From IMG/VR virus record IMGVR_UViG_3300026522_000001, positions 32,001 to 96,000 of that record: a DNA stretch of 64,000 nt, one strand, 5' to 3'. This stretch comes from a virus. Positions 1 through 9,754 of the stretch are shown piece after piece (position 1 is the first letter of the stretch; each line of letters starts with the position of its first letter). Under the pieces are notes generated by a model. It ran no database searches, was not told the DNA's origin, and saw only the letters and a program-made list of their open reading frames with translations. A program made the translations under genes and the position numbers.

Positions 1-61
1 ACCCACCTGTGTCTCTACACTATTCATGGTGAGTATTGCACTATATGTTTCTATTTTTTTT

Positions 62-148
62 TCAACAATTCATAAGAATTGTCTTGTAAATATTCTTTGA
101 TTGCTTTTTACGCTCATCTGTCAATTTTTCAATAAACTTCTCATCCAT
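62..148 (-). CDS. small hypothetical protein (28 aa)
   Basis: ATG at 148 with GGAGG 8 nt upstream and its own promoter at 186-214. TGA stop at 62-64. Below the ORF-track size cutoff and no family recognised. Confidence 0.3.
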   Translation of the reverse strand: MDEKFIEKLTDERKKQSKNIYKTILMNC

Positions 149-185
149 ATTAATTTCCTCCGTGCTATCAAATTTCTATATATTC

Positions 186-214
186 ATTATAGCATTTATA
201 CAGCATTATGTCAA
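186..214 (-). promoter_or_regulatory. sigma70-type promoter
   Basis: On the minus strand, TTGACA (209-214), a 17-nt spacer, and TATAAT (186-191). Confidence 0.6.
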
Positions 215-218
215 TAAA

Positions 219-327
219 TTGACACTCCACATTTCTAAAAGCAGGAGATTCTTGGTTCAACAACCATTGCGCTTTCCGCCAAAGCATCTGGCGTCTTACA
301 CGATTTCCCCAAGCGTGAATTCCCATG
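219..327 (-). ncRNA. conserved structured element, copy A (paralog of 26446-26552)
   Basis: About 110 nt align with 26446-26552. Conserved blocks (minus strand) are GGGAATTCACGCTTGGGGAAATCRTGTAAGAC and GTTGAACCAAGAATC. Hairpins are kept by compensatory changes. The plus-strand ORF 162-353 across it looks spurious. Confidence 0.45.
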
Positions 328-386
328 CAAAACATATAGCTAAATTATTTTAAAAAATAGAAATTTGACAATGAAGTATAACTTGA

Positions 387-590
387 CTATGTGTTTATAG
401 TACCACATGACTTTTCATATGCCAATAGATTTTTATGAAAAATTTTATTTTTTCTTGAAGAAATTTCCAAAGATTTGAACAGTTCTTGTTTTGTGTCACA
501 ATTAGGTAAACATATTAATATTTCCATAACTTGTTCATATGTCATTCTCATAGAAACTTCTCTACTATTACAATCCATATATGTAAACAT
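387..590 (-). CDS. hypothetical protein
   Basis: 67-aa ORF. A TGtTATAAT sequence lies immediately upstream, so the true start may be an internal Met. No motif recognised. Confidence 0.3.
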   Translation of the reverse strand: MFTYMDCNSREVSMRMTYEQVMEILICLPNCDTKQELFKSLEISSRKNKIFHKNLLAYEKSCGTINT

Positions 591-999
591 GAATTATAAC
601 ACCTCAATATGTGTACTTAAATACAATATGCCATAAATAATATTAACTATTTAAGACATATTTTATATTATTACTTACATTTAGCCGTAAAATAAAATCG
701 TACAAAACAGGGTAGGCGAAATCCTGTCACGATTTTAGATGTTACGGAGCACCTACATCTACAAATTTCTTATACCGTTTCTCTTGCAAGCAATGGACTA
801 CAACAGCTTGGGAAATCCGTTACCTTATTAGAATCCAATCAGGTAGGAGTGCCTGAATCTCTTGGAACAGACAGTCCTACCTGATTGGAATTTTATTATC
901 TAAATTAAGCAGGTTTCGTAAAGTCACTTCTTTTATACATAGGATAACACCTCGTTTATTGTCTTTTTATATTATATCATTTTTGTTCTAATTTGTCAA

Positions 1000-1047
1000 A
1001 TAAAAAATAGGTGCAAATAAGGAATTTATGCCCCCGTTTGCACCTAT
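1000..1047 (-). terminator. rho-independent terminator after the tape measure gene
   Basis: 11-bp stem ATAGGTGCAAA/TTTGCACCTAT (1007-1017 with 1037-1047), followed on the minus strand by a T-run. Confidence 0.7.
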
Positions 1048-1321
1048 TATAAAATCTGCTAACTTACCTTTTAGTATTAAAGTACTGATAATACTTTAAT
1101 TTGGTATAGTTTATTATTTATAGAGTCTAACTCTGTTGATATATCTATATTATTATTTTGTATTACTGACTTTAATTTTGAAATATAGTTTATTATAGTA
1201 TCAGTATTCTGTTTACTATCTTCTGCCAACACAATATTTATATAATTTTTCATATACTAAATTATACTCTTATTAAATTCTTCTACAATTTCATCTTCTG
1301 TAATAACCTCACCTTCCTATA

Positions 1322-4300
1322 TTAATAGCTACCAACAATCTTATTAGTAAACTTAGCACTACCTCTTGTAAAGTCAAGCATAATTCTCTGACCTCTTGGT
1401 GAACGCATAAAGTGTGCTATGGCTTCTTCTTGGTTGCTTACTAATGCTACATTCATATTTGTTGTACTACTTACATTTGTTCCTAAAGTACTAGCAAATG
1501 TACTCATTCCTCTTGCAGTCTCTTGTGCCGCAACTTCACCACCATCTGCAAATTTAGGAACATTTATAATATTTGGTATTCTGCTAAAGTTACCATTATT
1601 TACAGCATTTAAGAATCCTGTTCCGTATTTTCTTACGGCGCTTGCTTTAACAACAAATTCTCCATTACTCAACATCGCAGGTATACTGTCACTTGTTGAT
1701 GTTCCTTCACCTTTAACATTTCCACCTGTAGAGAATTTTCTTATTAGTCCTCCATCCTTATGCCCTTGTTCTTTAGTTCCTTGCCCTGAAGGTATATTTG
1801 CAGCTGCTGTTGCTATAACGTCTAGTGCTTCCTTTGCACTTTTAGCTGAATCACTAAGTTCATCTAAACTAGTCTTTACTTCTGTTGAACTTTGCTGAAC
1901 TGCACTAGATAGCTGTTGCAAAGATGTATTTGTTTGTGATATTGTTGTTTCTATTGAAGCATTATTTGTAGCTTGCTGTGCTTGTGCAGAAGCATTTGCT
2001 ACTGTTGGAGTAGATAATGCTGATTGTGATTTCTTCAATTCACTATATGTTTTATTTTGGTCTAATACTCTAAAGTATCCACCAGTACCATCTTGCATCC
2101 ATGTATTTTTTAAGTCATAATTCTTTTTGCTATTATCCATCTCAAAATAATGACCAGTTTCGGGATTTTTAAGGCCTAATATATCTGAGGAATCTCTATA
2201 TGTTTGTAGACCCTGTATTCCAGTACCATCTTCTGATGCTATAATATGTAGCTGTGACCTGATAGGTGAAAAATAGTCTGTTAAACCATTTTTATCTACA
2301 TTTTTATATTGATTAAGTGTATATATTTGCCCTGGTGTTACTTTAGACGCAAGATTTTCTGTTGTTGGTTGTCTACCAGACTCGTCTTTTACTGGAAACC
2401 ATTGTTGCATAAGCCCTTCAACAAGTCTCTTTGCAAAGAACTTTTGCATTGTCTTTAGGAAATCTACAACCATATTTTGTAGAGCTTCACCTAATGAATG
2501 AGCTTCATTTACCCCGTCTGTAAGGAATGTTACAAGCCCATCTTCTAGTGCTTGTCTTGCAGTTTCATGCGTTTCTTCTAATAAAGTTTTTATATGACTT
2601 AACATACCAGAAATTCTCTCTTTATTAGCTATCTCTTGCATCTGACTCATAGAAGCTGTCTGTCTTTCCATCTGTAAAGCTATATCAGCATTTAACTCAT
2701 CTATTCTTTTTGTTACATTAGCCACTTCTTGAGAGCCTTGTGGAAGTCTATCTCTTTCTGCCTGTTTCTTGCTTAATTCTTCTCTTAATCCTGCTATTTG
2801 TATCTGCCTACTCATATAGTCATTATTCATAGCGGCATATTGTTGTTTATATGCTTTATTTAATTCGGCATTTTTATAGGCTTTCATCTCCTTATTTGCT
2901 TCTTCTCTTTGAAGGTTTGTCATAGGTATATTTTCTAATACACTATTCATGTAGTCATACCTATCAGAAATTGCTTGTGTCATACCATTTAATATACTAT
3001 ATAATTTTTCTTGTGCACTTATTAGCTTTTTCTTTATTTCTTCTGCTTTTTCAGAATTACCCATAGCTGTAAACTCAGCATATTGCTTTACTAGAGCTTC
3101 CATCTGATAAGCAGGTGTTTGTTTAGCAAGATTTATTTTTGTTCTAAGTGTATCTAATTCTTTATTGTACTCTGATAATTCAACATCTGATTTTTTCTTT
3201 GCAACAAAATATGCTTGTTCTTTTATTTTTAGGTCTGATTTTTTCTGATTCCAAATCTTCTGTTCTGCAAGTAAATCATCTCTTGTAATGTTCTTACCTG
3301 CTGTTTTATCAGACATATCAAAGCCCTTATTATACTTAATAAGCATTTCATAGAACTTTTGATTTTCTTTACTAAATTCTTTTCTTACTTTATCATAGTC
3401 TGATTTAGCGTTTTGTGTATTTCTTATATTAGCATATTTACCAATATCAGAACGCTTTAAACCTTCTCTTAAAGAGTCTTGTAAGCCTTTTCTCCAATAA
3501 TAACTATCAAACTGTTTCTTATTCTCATTGTTGTTTCTATACGCCCACTCTTTATCATTAGCTTCTTTCCAACTATTATAATAAGTCTTATATGACTCGT
3601 TCATCATATCATTACCACGAAGTGCTAATAATCTTTGTGTATCTGCATGTAAGTCATTTAATACATTTAGCTTATCAACTATTCCTTGGTTCTTAATATA
3701 ATTACTATCATTTAACTTCTTATATGCACTTTGTAGTTCTTCTTTTGATGAAAGTCTATAATAATAATCACTAAGCATATTTCTACTTTCTTCCATTGAC
3801 TGCCAAGAGTCAACAATATTTTTATTATTACCTGTGTTATTAAATCTCCAAAGTGCATCATTAGCAGGACGTTCTTTATCATTTATTTCTCTATATTTTG
3901 GATTTGATTTATCCCATCCTATTGAATCCATTTCTGTTTTATATTTTTTATATTCAGAAAATAAATAATTAAATTCACTTACTAAATCTTTTGCATTATT
4001 TTGTGACTCAAATACTTCCATCTTGCTTGTAAGATTTTCATAAGCTTTCTTTAATTCACTAAACCCATTAGGATTAGATAGGAAATCATATATTTTTTGT
4101 CTCTTATCGAGTGTATCTCTTATTAAGGATATACTTTCAGGTTTATTTATATAACCTATATATTTTTCTGCTAATTCACCAAAATCTGTATCATAGTTTT
4201 TATATTTTCCATAAGCAACTTCATATGCACGATACTTAGCTGTTGTTTCAAGTCTACTTATATTAAAGTCAAGCTGTTTTTCTAGTGCATCTGTTACAAC

Positions 4301-7300
4301 TTTTGCTGTCTCTTGTCTTATTCTTATATTTAGTGCGTTAACCATATCACTAGCTTCAGGAGAATTACTTCTTTTGGCTTTTTCTAGCTTTTCATAAAGA
4401 CTTCTTAACTTTACTTCAAGCATTGGCTGACTACCAAATATATCAGAATTTATATCACTTAATATATCCTTGTATTCATCTATTTTCTTTTGCATATCTT
4501 CAAATGCTTGCATAGCTTCTTTTGAGCTATGTGGAGAAAATAGAGACATCCTTCCATTAGATGAACCGCCACTTAATGCAACATTCTGTGAACCTGTTCT
4601 TATTACTGCATTTGTTCTAGCTAACCAATAATTTAAGTCTTGTTCCATAATACCACTACCACTAGAAGTATTTGGGTTATTATGTGAGCTGTTTCCTACA
4701 GTATGCTGTGCGTCTTTTACCATAACAACATGACCATAATCATTTGTAACTAAAACATCACCCGGCTGTGCAATACTTGTATTTGTGTCTACTGCAATCC
4801 CTTGACTCTTTGCATCACTAACAAGTCTATCAACATTTGCTACACCTTTAGCATATTCATCTGCTAAGAATGTGTTAAACCAACTACCTAGTCTAACTAC
4901 TGCTTCTACACACCCATTAGCTAAATCAGGCATTTCTGCATTTCTTAGTCCACTATTTAATGCTGTATTCAATGCACTTGTAATAGCATTTCCTGCATTA
5001 AATCCTATCTGCTCTCCTAATGCTTGGTTTCCTATTGAGTTACTAATATAATTAGCTAATGTTATTCCGCTTTGTGAAATTTTCTGCTGATATTCTTGTG
5101 CTAATGAAATATATCCACTTAAGTCATTTGTGGTCATATAACCGCCATTATGGAGTATGTTAAATGCACTAGAAGCATCATGTGACTGTAAGAATCCACT
5201 ATATCTATCTTGTTCTAATACTTCTGCTAAATCTTTAGCGGCGGCTGATAAGTCAGGAAATTTTACATAATATCCACCCTCATTAGAAGGTCTTGCGTCA
5301 CCACGCATTGACATTGGATAATTTTCATTCCACGTTATGCCAGCTGGGTTATTATCATTTACAAATACATCACTTGTTCCTCTTGCTGTTTCATTAGCTA
5401 TAAGTCCTGCTATTATTCCAATATCAGGTGAAGTTCCTGTCTGTGCTTGGATTGCCTTAGAAACTTCTATTGCTAAGTCTAATACTTTATCACCTGTATT
5501 AGCTTGTGCACCATTCGTTCCTGACTGCTGTACCATCTGCATAGAAGAAAGTGCATTACTAAATTGTGCAGATGCTTCAAGCATTACTTCGCTATATGTA
5601 CCTAAGTCTCTACCAATTTCTTTTTGTGTTTGTGTAGCTTTAGCAAGTTCTTTTGTATATTTATTTATTTCTCTTTGTACTTTATGTTCTTCTTTTAGCT
5701 TATCATACTCGTTTGCAAATTTACTTGTCTGTATAGCGGCTAGTTCTTCTTTTGCTTCTTCTAGTCTAGCCGCCGCTTCTTCTTTTTCGATTTCTGTTTT
5801 CTGCATATAATAATCTTTTACAGACTTAAATCCTTCTTTATATGCTATGTCATTTTTTTCAAGTAAATCTTTTAGTGCTTCTATCTTATCGCTAAGAATC
5901 TCTTTTAGTCTTTCTCTGTTTTCTTTTAGCATATCTTGAGATTCTTTAATAGCCGCTCTATTTGCCTTATCTGCTTCTCTTTGTGCTTTAGCTTTTTCTT
6001 TGCTATCGTCAGCAGGTCTGCCTTTTAATGCGTTTTGATTTGGATTTTGAGTTGAAAGTATATGTTCCCTATTATTTAAGAAATTTCTTATACCTTCAAC
6101 AAAATCATGCAAATTCTTATGTGGTTGTGAATTTTCTCCTGCTTCTCTTGCTTGCTGACCTCTTTCTCTCCATCCATTTATGGTTTGAATATCTCTGTAA
6201 GAATTTGTTATTATATCTGCACCTGTAATGGCTATCCCTGCGATTGGGATATATTTCTTTAACATGCCTTTTGCGGCTTCTGCTGCATCTACTCCTGCTT
6301 GTGTAAATGCCTTTGCCGCACCTTCTGCATCACCATGCATCAAATCCCACACAGCCTTAACAACATTGTATAAAGTTCTAAAAATAGCAACAACAGGTTT
6401 TACATATGAAACAATACCTATAAGTACATTCTTAATTATTGCAAAAGCATATAAAGCATCATAACCTAAATCTTCAATAGATGTTTTATTTTCTTCTAAT
6501 AAAGCAATTACATCTATTATTCTTTCTGCAATGAATACTAATAAGCCAACACAAATACTTATTGCGTCGCTAAGTGAATCTACAGAATCTTCTGCCCCTA
6601 GAGATTGCTCTGCATATTCTGCAACCTCTATAATAGCATCACCGATAATTTCAACAAAATTAGCAACAAAATTAAGTAATCCTTCAAATGATTCACTTAA
6701 TGTTATTACAGTAGCATTTTGTTCTTCTAATGCTTGTGTTTCTTCTTCTGTTGCTCCTGTTGCTTCTCTATACTTTGTAGCATCATCTTGCAGTCCTGTA
6801 TCTTCTGCATTTTTATCTACCGCCGCTTGGTCTGATGTATCAATACCATTTCTTGCCGCTGATGATTTCTTTAGCACATCCCATTTTGCAGAGTTTGGAT
6901 TGATTCCCATATCATAGACTGTTGCTATTTGAGAACCTACCCATTTCATAAACTCAATTACAGGCTGTTTTACTGCATCACTATCAAATACACTTGCTAG
7001 TGTTAATTCCCATGTTGATTTTAAGCTGTCAAAAGCACCACCTAGAGTAGCAATGTTTTCTCTGTTTGATGCAACGAAACCTGCTAGTCTATTCTCTAAC
7101 CACGCATATAAATCTTCACCTTTGGCTTTTACTTCTTTAATTTCTTCGTCTGTAATGCCTAGTTGTTTAGCCATTACAGTTCTGTTAGCCATACCATTAA
7201 AGATATCTCTTGTATCTCTTGCGATAGTCAAAGAGTTTAATTGAAGTTCTTTACCAATAGTTGTGAACAAATTAGCCATTTCTTCAATCTGACTAATGTT

Positions 7301-9655
7301 CATTCCTGATTGTAAGCCAGGCTCAATGATTGCTCTAAATGTATTTGTTATTGCTTCTAGGCTAGTACCTGTTTTTATTGCGTCTACTGCTAGTTGCTTA
7401 ACAATACCATCTGCCATATTTAGTGCTTGGCTAAATTGTAGTGGTTGATTATTTAGCAAACCTATTGATGACATAGCACCTGCAATACCATTACGCATCA
7501 TCTGCATAGCGTTTGCCGCTTCTAGCCCAGGCTTTATAATATAATCTTCTATTGCACTACCAATAGATTGTACAACACTAAAAAGTGTTTCTGTTGCTGA
7601 AATAGCACCACCGATTGCAACAGAAAATGCCGCCGCTCCTGCAACCATAGTAGAAAACATCTCTGGGAGAACCGCTAGACCATTGTTTATACCAAGTATT
7701 GACTTTTCTGCCATCTCCGACTGTCTAGCCAATTCGTGCATACCAGAACCAAATCCACGTTCAAAAGAACCTGCTAACTTAGCTAATTCTATCCCTGAAA
7801 GTCTTGTTGTGAGAATATTCTTTAAGGAAGATATTGTAGGCTCATATCTTCCTTCTACATTTGAACGTAATCCTGAACCTAGATTTGCATAGTTATTATT
7901 AACAGCCGCCGCTCTTTGACGTTTTAGCCATTCCCTTCTAGCATATTCATTCTTTATTGAAGGTAGGAAATCACCATATAATTTAGATTCTGCCGCATAA
8001 CTTAGCTTTCCTCTTTCTGTAAGGAATTGCTTCATGTTATTCATGATTCCTAGTGCTTCTTGTACTCTAGCATTTAAGGCTTTATTACCCTTATCAGCAC
8101 TGGTATCAAATTTATTTATTTCTGCAATAGTAGACGCAAGTTGTTTACGTAATTCATTAAACTGTTTACTATCATTATTTACCTCGCGTCTATTCTTCCT
8201 TATAGAGTCAGTTAATCTATCTACACCCGCAGAAGAATTTCCAGTATCACCTAATAACTGTTTAGCATAATTATTAAAGTTATTTTTTCTACTTTCTATT
8301 GTATTTTTTAGTTGTGCCGCTGTATCATATCTAGGGTCTTGTTCTGTTATTGTACCATTCTTGATTTGAGAAAGAAGATTTCTATATACTTTTTGCTGTT
8401 CTGAAATAGAACGTAAAGAATTTAAGAACTCATTTTGTGCCGCTTTTGTTGCATCTCTTTCAGCAACTAATGCATTATATTTACCAAGGTCTCCATCTCT
8501 CCATGCTTTTTCAGCACCTTGAGTAGCATTTTTTATTCTAGTATTAAACTGTTCATTTTTTTCTTTTGCAAGTCTTTCACGACGTTCTTTGTTTTCTAAA
8601 GCTGTTAATGCTCTATCTGTTTTTTCACGTTCTCTTTCAGCTTCTTTATCCTTGCGGATTTGTGCAATTTCTTCTTGCTTTACTTGTCTCCACATGGCAT
8701 CGATTTGCTTATTAGCTTCTGCCCTGCTTCGTCTTTCTTCTCTATCTAAAGCATTATTTGCTCTTGCTATATTATTAGAGGTTCTTATTCGTTCTGCTTT
8801 AGATATTTCAGGCTCATTTATTTTATCAATAACTTCTTGCCCTTTTGCTTTTAGCTGTTGCATTTTAGCATTAGCTGAATCTAGTCCATTACCAAATCCA
8901 TCTATATGAACAGCCTTTGCCTTATCCCCTAGCTCTTGTAAAAGCCCTATTGCCTGTGTTAAAGACCTTTGTGCATTTTTATTATCTGCAAGCCCATCAT
9001 ACATACTTGCTTCTAGCACTTTTACTTGTGCTAGTTTCTGCTTTAGCTTATCTAAATTAGGTGTAAGCCCTGCTTCTTTCTGCATAGTAAAAGAGTCTTT
9101 TATAGCCTTAGAAACAATTCCAGACCTAATTTGATAGCTTGCTATGCTAGGTGAATCTTTTAATGCTTTAGCAACAGCATTTTCATAACTCTTTACTGCC
9201 TTTCTAGCAGAGTCTACATCTAGCCCATTATTCTTTAAGTTTGAAAGCAATAGCCTAGCATCACTAGCCCTATTGTTTCCATATGAAAGATTTCCTGCTA
9301 TTTTTTGATTTGTTATATGGAATGGGGAATTCTTTATAGCAAGAGAGAGCGCCTTTAGTCTATTTAGAGCCGCTTCTAGTTCTGCTATATCTCTCTTTGC
9401 TTGCTTTGTGTCTACCCCTATTTTAATGTCTTTTGCTACAGTTGAAAGTTGTTTGCTTAATCCCTTTGTAGCAACTACTGATTCCCTCTCAAGGCTATTC
9501 TGCAAATTTTTAAGAGGTTTATTTACATCAAATTTTATGTTTGCATCATTTAGACTTCTTTTCCAGTCTGTTATTTTTCTTTTAGCTACGTCTAAATTTG
9601 CTAGTAGACTTTTTACATCCGCTTCTATGTCTACTACTATTTTTTCTCTAGCCAT
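1322..9655 (-). CDS. tail tape measure protein with embedded glucosaminidase-like and CHAP/NlpC-P60-like lytic domains
   Basis: 2777 aa, mostly coiled-coil, with a hydrophobic glycine-rich central segment. The lysozyme-subfamily-2-like motif IANETARGTS...NNPAGITW maps to about nt 5150-5470. The Cys/His papain-like pair NGCVEAV...DYGHVVMV has its Cys codon at 4910-4912. The C-terminal tape-measure motif SDSIPAMLSNGEFVV is present. The gene sits downstream of the chaperone gene. Confidence 0.9.
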   Translation of the reverse strand: MAREKIVVDIEADVKSLLANLDVAKRKITDWKRSLNDANIKFDVNKPLKNLQNSLERESVVATKGLSKQLSTVAKDIKIGVDTKQAKRDIAELEAALNRLKALSLAIKNSPFHITNQKIAGNLSYGNNRASDARLLLSNLKNNGLDVDSARKAVKSYENAVAKALKDSPSIASYQIRSGIVSKAIKDSFTMQKEAGLTPNLDKLKQKLAQVKVLEASMYDGLADNKNAQRSLTQAIGLLQELGDKAKAVHIDGFGNGLDSANAKMQQLKAKGQEVIDKINEPEISKAERIRTSNNIARANNALDREERRSRAEANKQIDAMWRQVKQEEIAQIRKDKEAEREREKTDRALTALENKERRERLAKEKNEQFNTRIKNATQGAEKAWRDGDLGKYNALVAERDATKAAQNEFLNSLRSISEQQKVYRNLLSQIKNGTITEQDPRYDTAAQLKNTIESRKNNFNNYAKQLLGDTGNSSAGVDRLTDSIRKNRREVNNDSKQFNELRKQLASTIAEINKFDTSADKGNKALNARVQEALGIMNNMKQFLTERGKLSYAAESKLYGDFLPSIKNEYARREWLKRQRAAAVNNNYANLGSGLRSNVEGRYEPTISSLKNILTTRLSGIELAKLAGSFERGFGSGMHELARQSEMAEKSILGINNGLAVLPEMFSTMVAGAAAFSVAIGGAISATETLFSVVQSIGSAIEDYIIKPGLEAANAMQMMRNGIAGAMSSIGLLNNQPLQFSQALNMADGIVKQLAVDAIKTGTSLEAITNTFRAIIEPGLQSGMNISQIEEMANLFTTIGKELQLNSLTIARDTRDIFNGMANRTVMAKQLGITDEEIKEVKAKGEDLYAWLENRLAGFVASNRENIATLGGAFDSLKSTWELTLASVFDSDAVKQPVIEFMKWVGSQIATVYDMGINPNSAKWDVLKKSSAARNGIDTSDQAAVDKNAEDTGLQDDATKYREATGATEEETQALEEQNATVITLSESFEGLLNFVANFVEIIGDAIIEVAEYAEQSLGAEDSVDSLSDAISICVGLLVFIAERIIDVIALLEENKTSIEDLGYDALYAFAIIKNVLIGIVSYVKPVVAIFRTLYNVVKAVWDLMHGDAEGAAKAFTQAGVDAAEAAKGMLKKYIPIAGIAITGADIITNSYRDIQTINGWRERGQQAREAGENSQPHKNLHDFVEGIRNFLNNREHILSTQNPNQNALKGRPADDSKEKAKAQREADKANRAAIKESQDMLKENRERLKEILSDKIEALKDLLEKNDIAYKEGFKSVKDYYMQKTEIEKEEAAARLEEAKEELAAIQTSKFANEYDKLKEEHKVQREINKYTKELAKATQTQKEIGRDLGTYSEVMLEASAQFSNALSSMQMVQQSGTNGAQANTGDKVLDLAIEVSKAIQAQTGTSPDIGIIAGLIANETARGTSDVFVNDNNPAGITWNENYPMSMRGDARPSNEGGYYVKFPDLSAAAKDLAEVLEQDRYSGFLQSHDASSAFNILHNGGYMTTNDLSGYISLAQEYQQKISQSGITLANYISNSIGNQALGEQIGFNAGNAITSALNTALNSGLRNAEMPDLANGCVEAVVRLGSWFNTFLADEYAKGVANVDRLVSDAKSQGIAVDTNTSIAQPGDVLVTNDYGHVVMVKDAQHTVGNSSHNNPNTSSGSGIMEQDLNYWLARTNAVIRTGSQNVALSGGSSNGRMSLFSPHSSKEAMQAFEDMQKKIDEYKDILSDINSDIFGSQPMLEVKLRSLYEKLEKAKRSNSPEASDMVNALNIRIRQETAKVVTDALEKQLDFNISRLETTAKYRAYEVAYGKYKNYDTDFGELAEKYIGYINKPESISLIRDTLDKRQKIYDFLSNPNGFSELKKAYENLTSKMEVFESQNNAKDLVSEFNYLFSEYKKYKTEMDSIGWDKSNPKYREINDKERPANDALWRFNNTGNNKNIVDSWQSMEESRNMLSDYYYRLSSKEELQSAYKKLNDSNYIKNQGIVDKLNVLNDLHADTQRLLALRGNDMMNESYKTYYNSWKEANDKEWAYRNNNENKKQFDSYYWRKGLQDSLREGLKRSDIGKYANIRNTQNAKSDYDKVRKEFSKENQKFYEMLIKYNKGFDMSDKTAGKNITRDDLLAEQKIWNQKKSDLKIKEQAYFVAKKKSDVELSEYNKELDTLRTKINLAKQTPAYQMEALVKQYAEFTAMGNSEKAEEIKKKLISAQEKLYSILNGMTQAISDRYDYMNSVLENIPMTNLQREEANKEMKAYKNAELNKAYKQQYAAMNNDYMSRQIQIAGLREELSKKQAERDRLPQGSQEVANVTKRIDELNADIALQMERQTASMSQMQEIANKERISGMLSHIKTLLEETHETARQALEDGLVTFLTDGVNEAHSLGEALQNMVVDFLKTMQKFFAKRLVEGLMQQWFPVKDESGRQPTTENLASKVTPGQIYTLNQYKNVDKNGLTDYFSPIRSQLHIIASEDGTGIQGLQTYRDSSDILGLKNPETGHYFEMDNSKKNYDLKNTWMQDGTGGYFRVLDQNKTYSELKKSQSALSTPTVANASAQAQQATNNASIETTISQTNTSLQQLSSAVQQSSTEVKTSLDELSDSAKSAKEALDVIATAAANIPSGQGTKEQGHKDGGLIRKFSTGGNVKGEGTSTSDSIPAMLSNGEFVVKASAVRKYGTGFLNAVNNGNFSRIPNIINVPKFADGGEVAAQETARGMSTFASTLGTNVSSTTNMNVALVSNQEEAIAHFMRSPRGQRIMLDFTRGSAKFTNKIVGSY

Positions 9656-9714
9656 ATATCCACACCGACCTCTGCTTTCTATATTATATGCCGTACATTT
9701 TATTTATTAACAAA

Positions 9715-9747
9715 ATAGCCGTATCTAACATAAAATTAAATACGGCT
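9715..9747 (-). terminator. hairpin plus T-tract between chaperone and tape measure genes (possible attenuator)
   Basis: Minus-strand stem TAGCCGTAT...ATACGGCTA followed by ATTTTGTT. A TATAAT-like box lies further downstream. Confidence 0.3.
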
Positions 9748-9754
9748 AATATAT

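Noticed and set aside
162-353. Plus-strand ORFs 162-353 and 26410-26622, which share the peptide similarity ...RRFLVQQP... / ...RGFLVQRP...
   Set aside because: The similarity comes from the repeated noncoding element. The variable segments keep base pairing rather than amino acids. There is no RBS, and the flanking promoters point the other way.
1419-9710. Multiple plus-strand ORFs of 60-160 aa antisense to the tape measure gene. Similar antisense ORFs occur opposite most large genes, for example 10157-10633, 15618-15983, 24736-25146 and 52485-52913.
   Set aside because: These are shadow ORFs on the opposite strand of clearly coding genes. They have S/L/F/C-rich compositions and no RBS.
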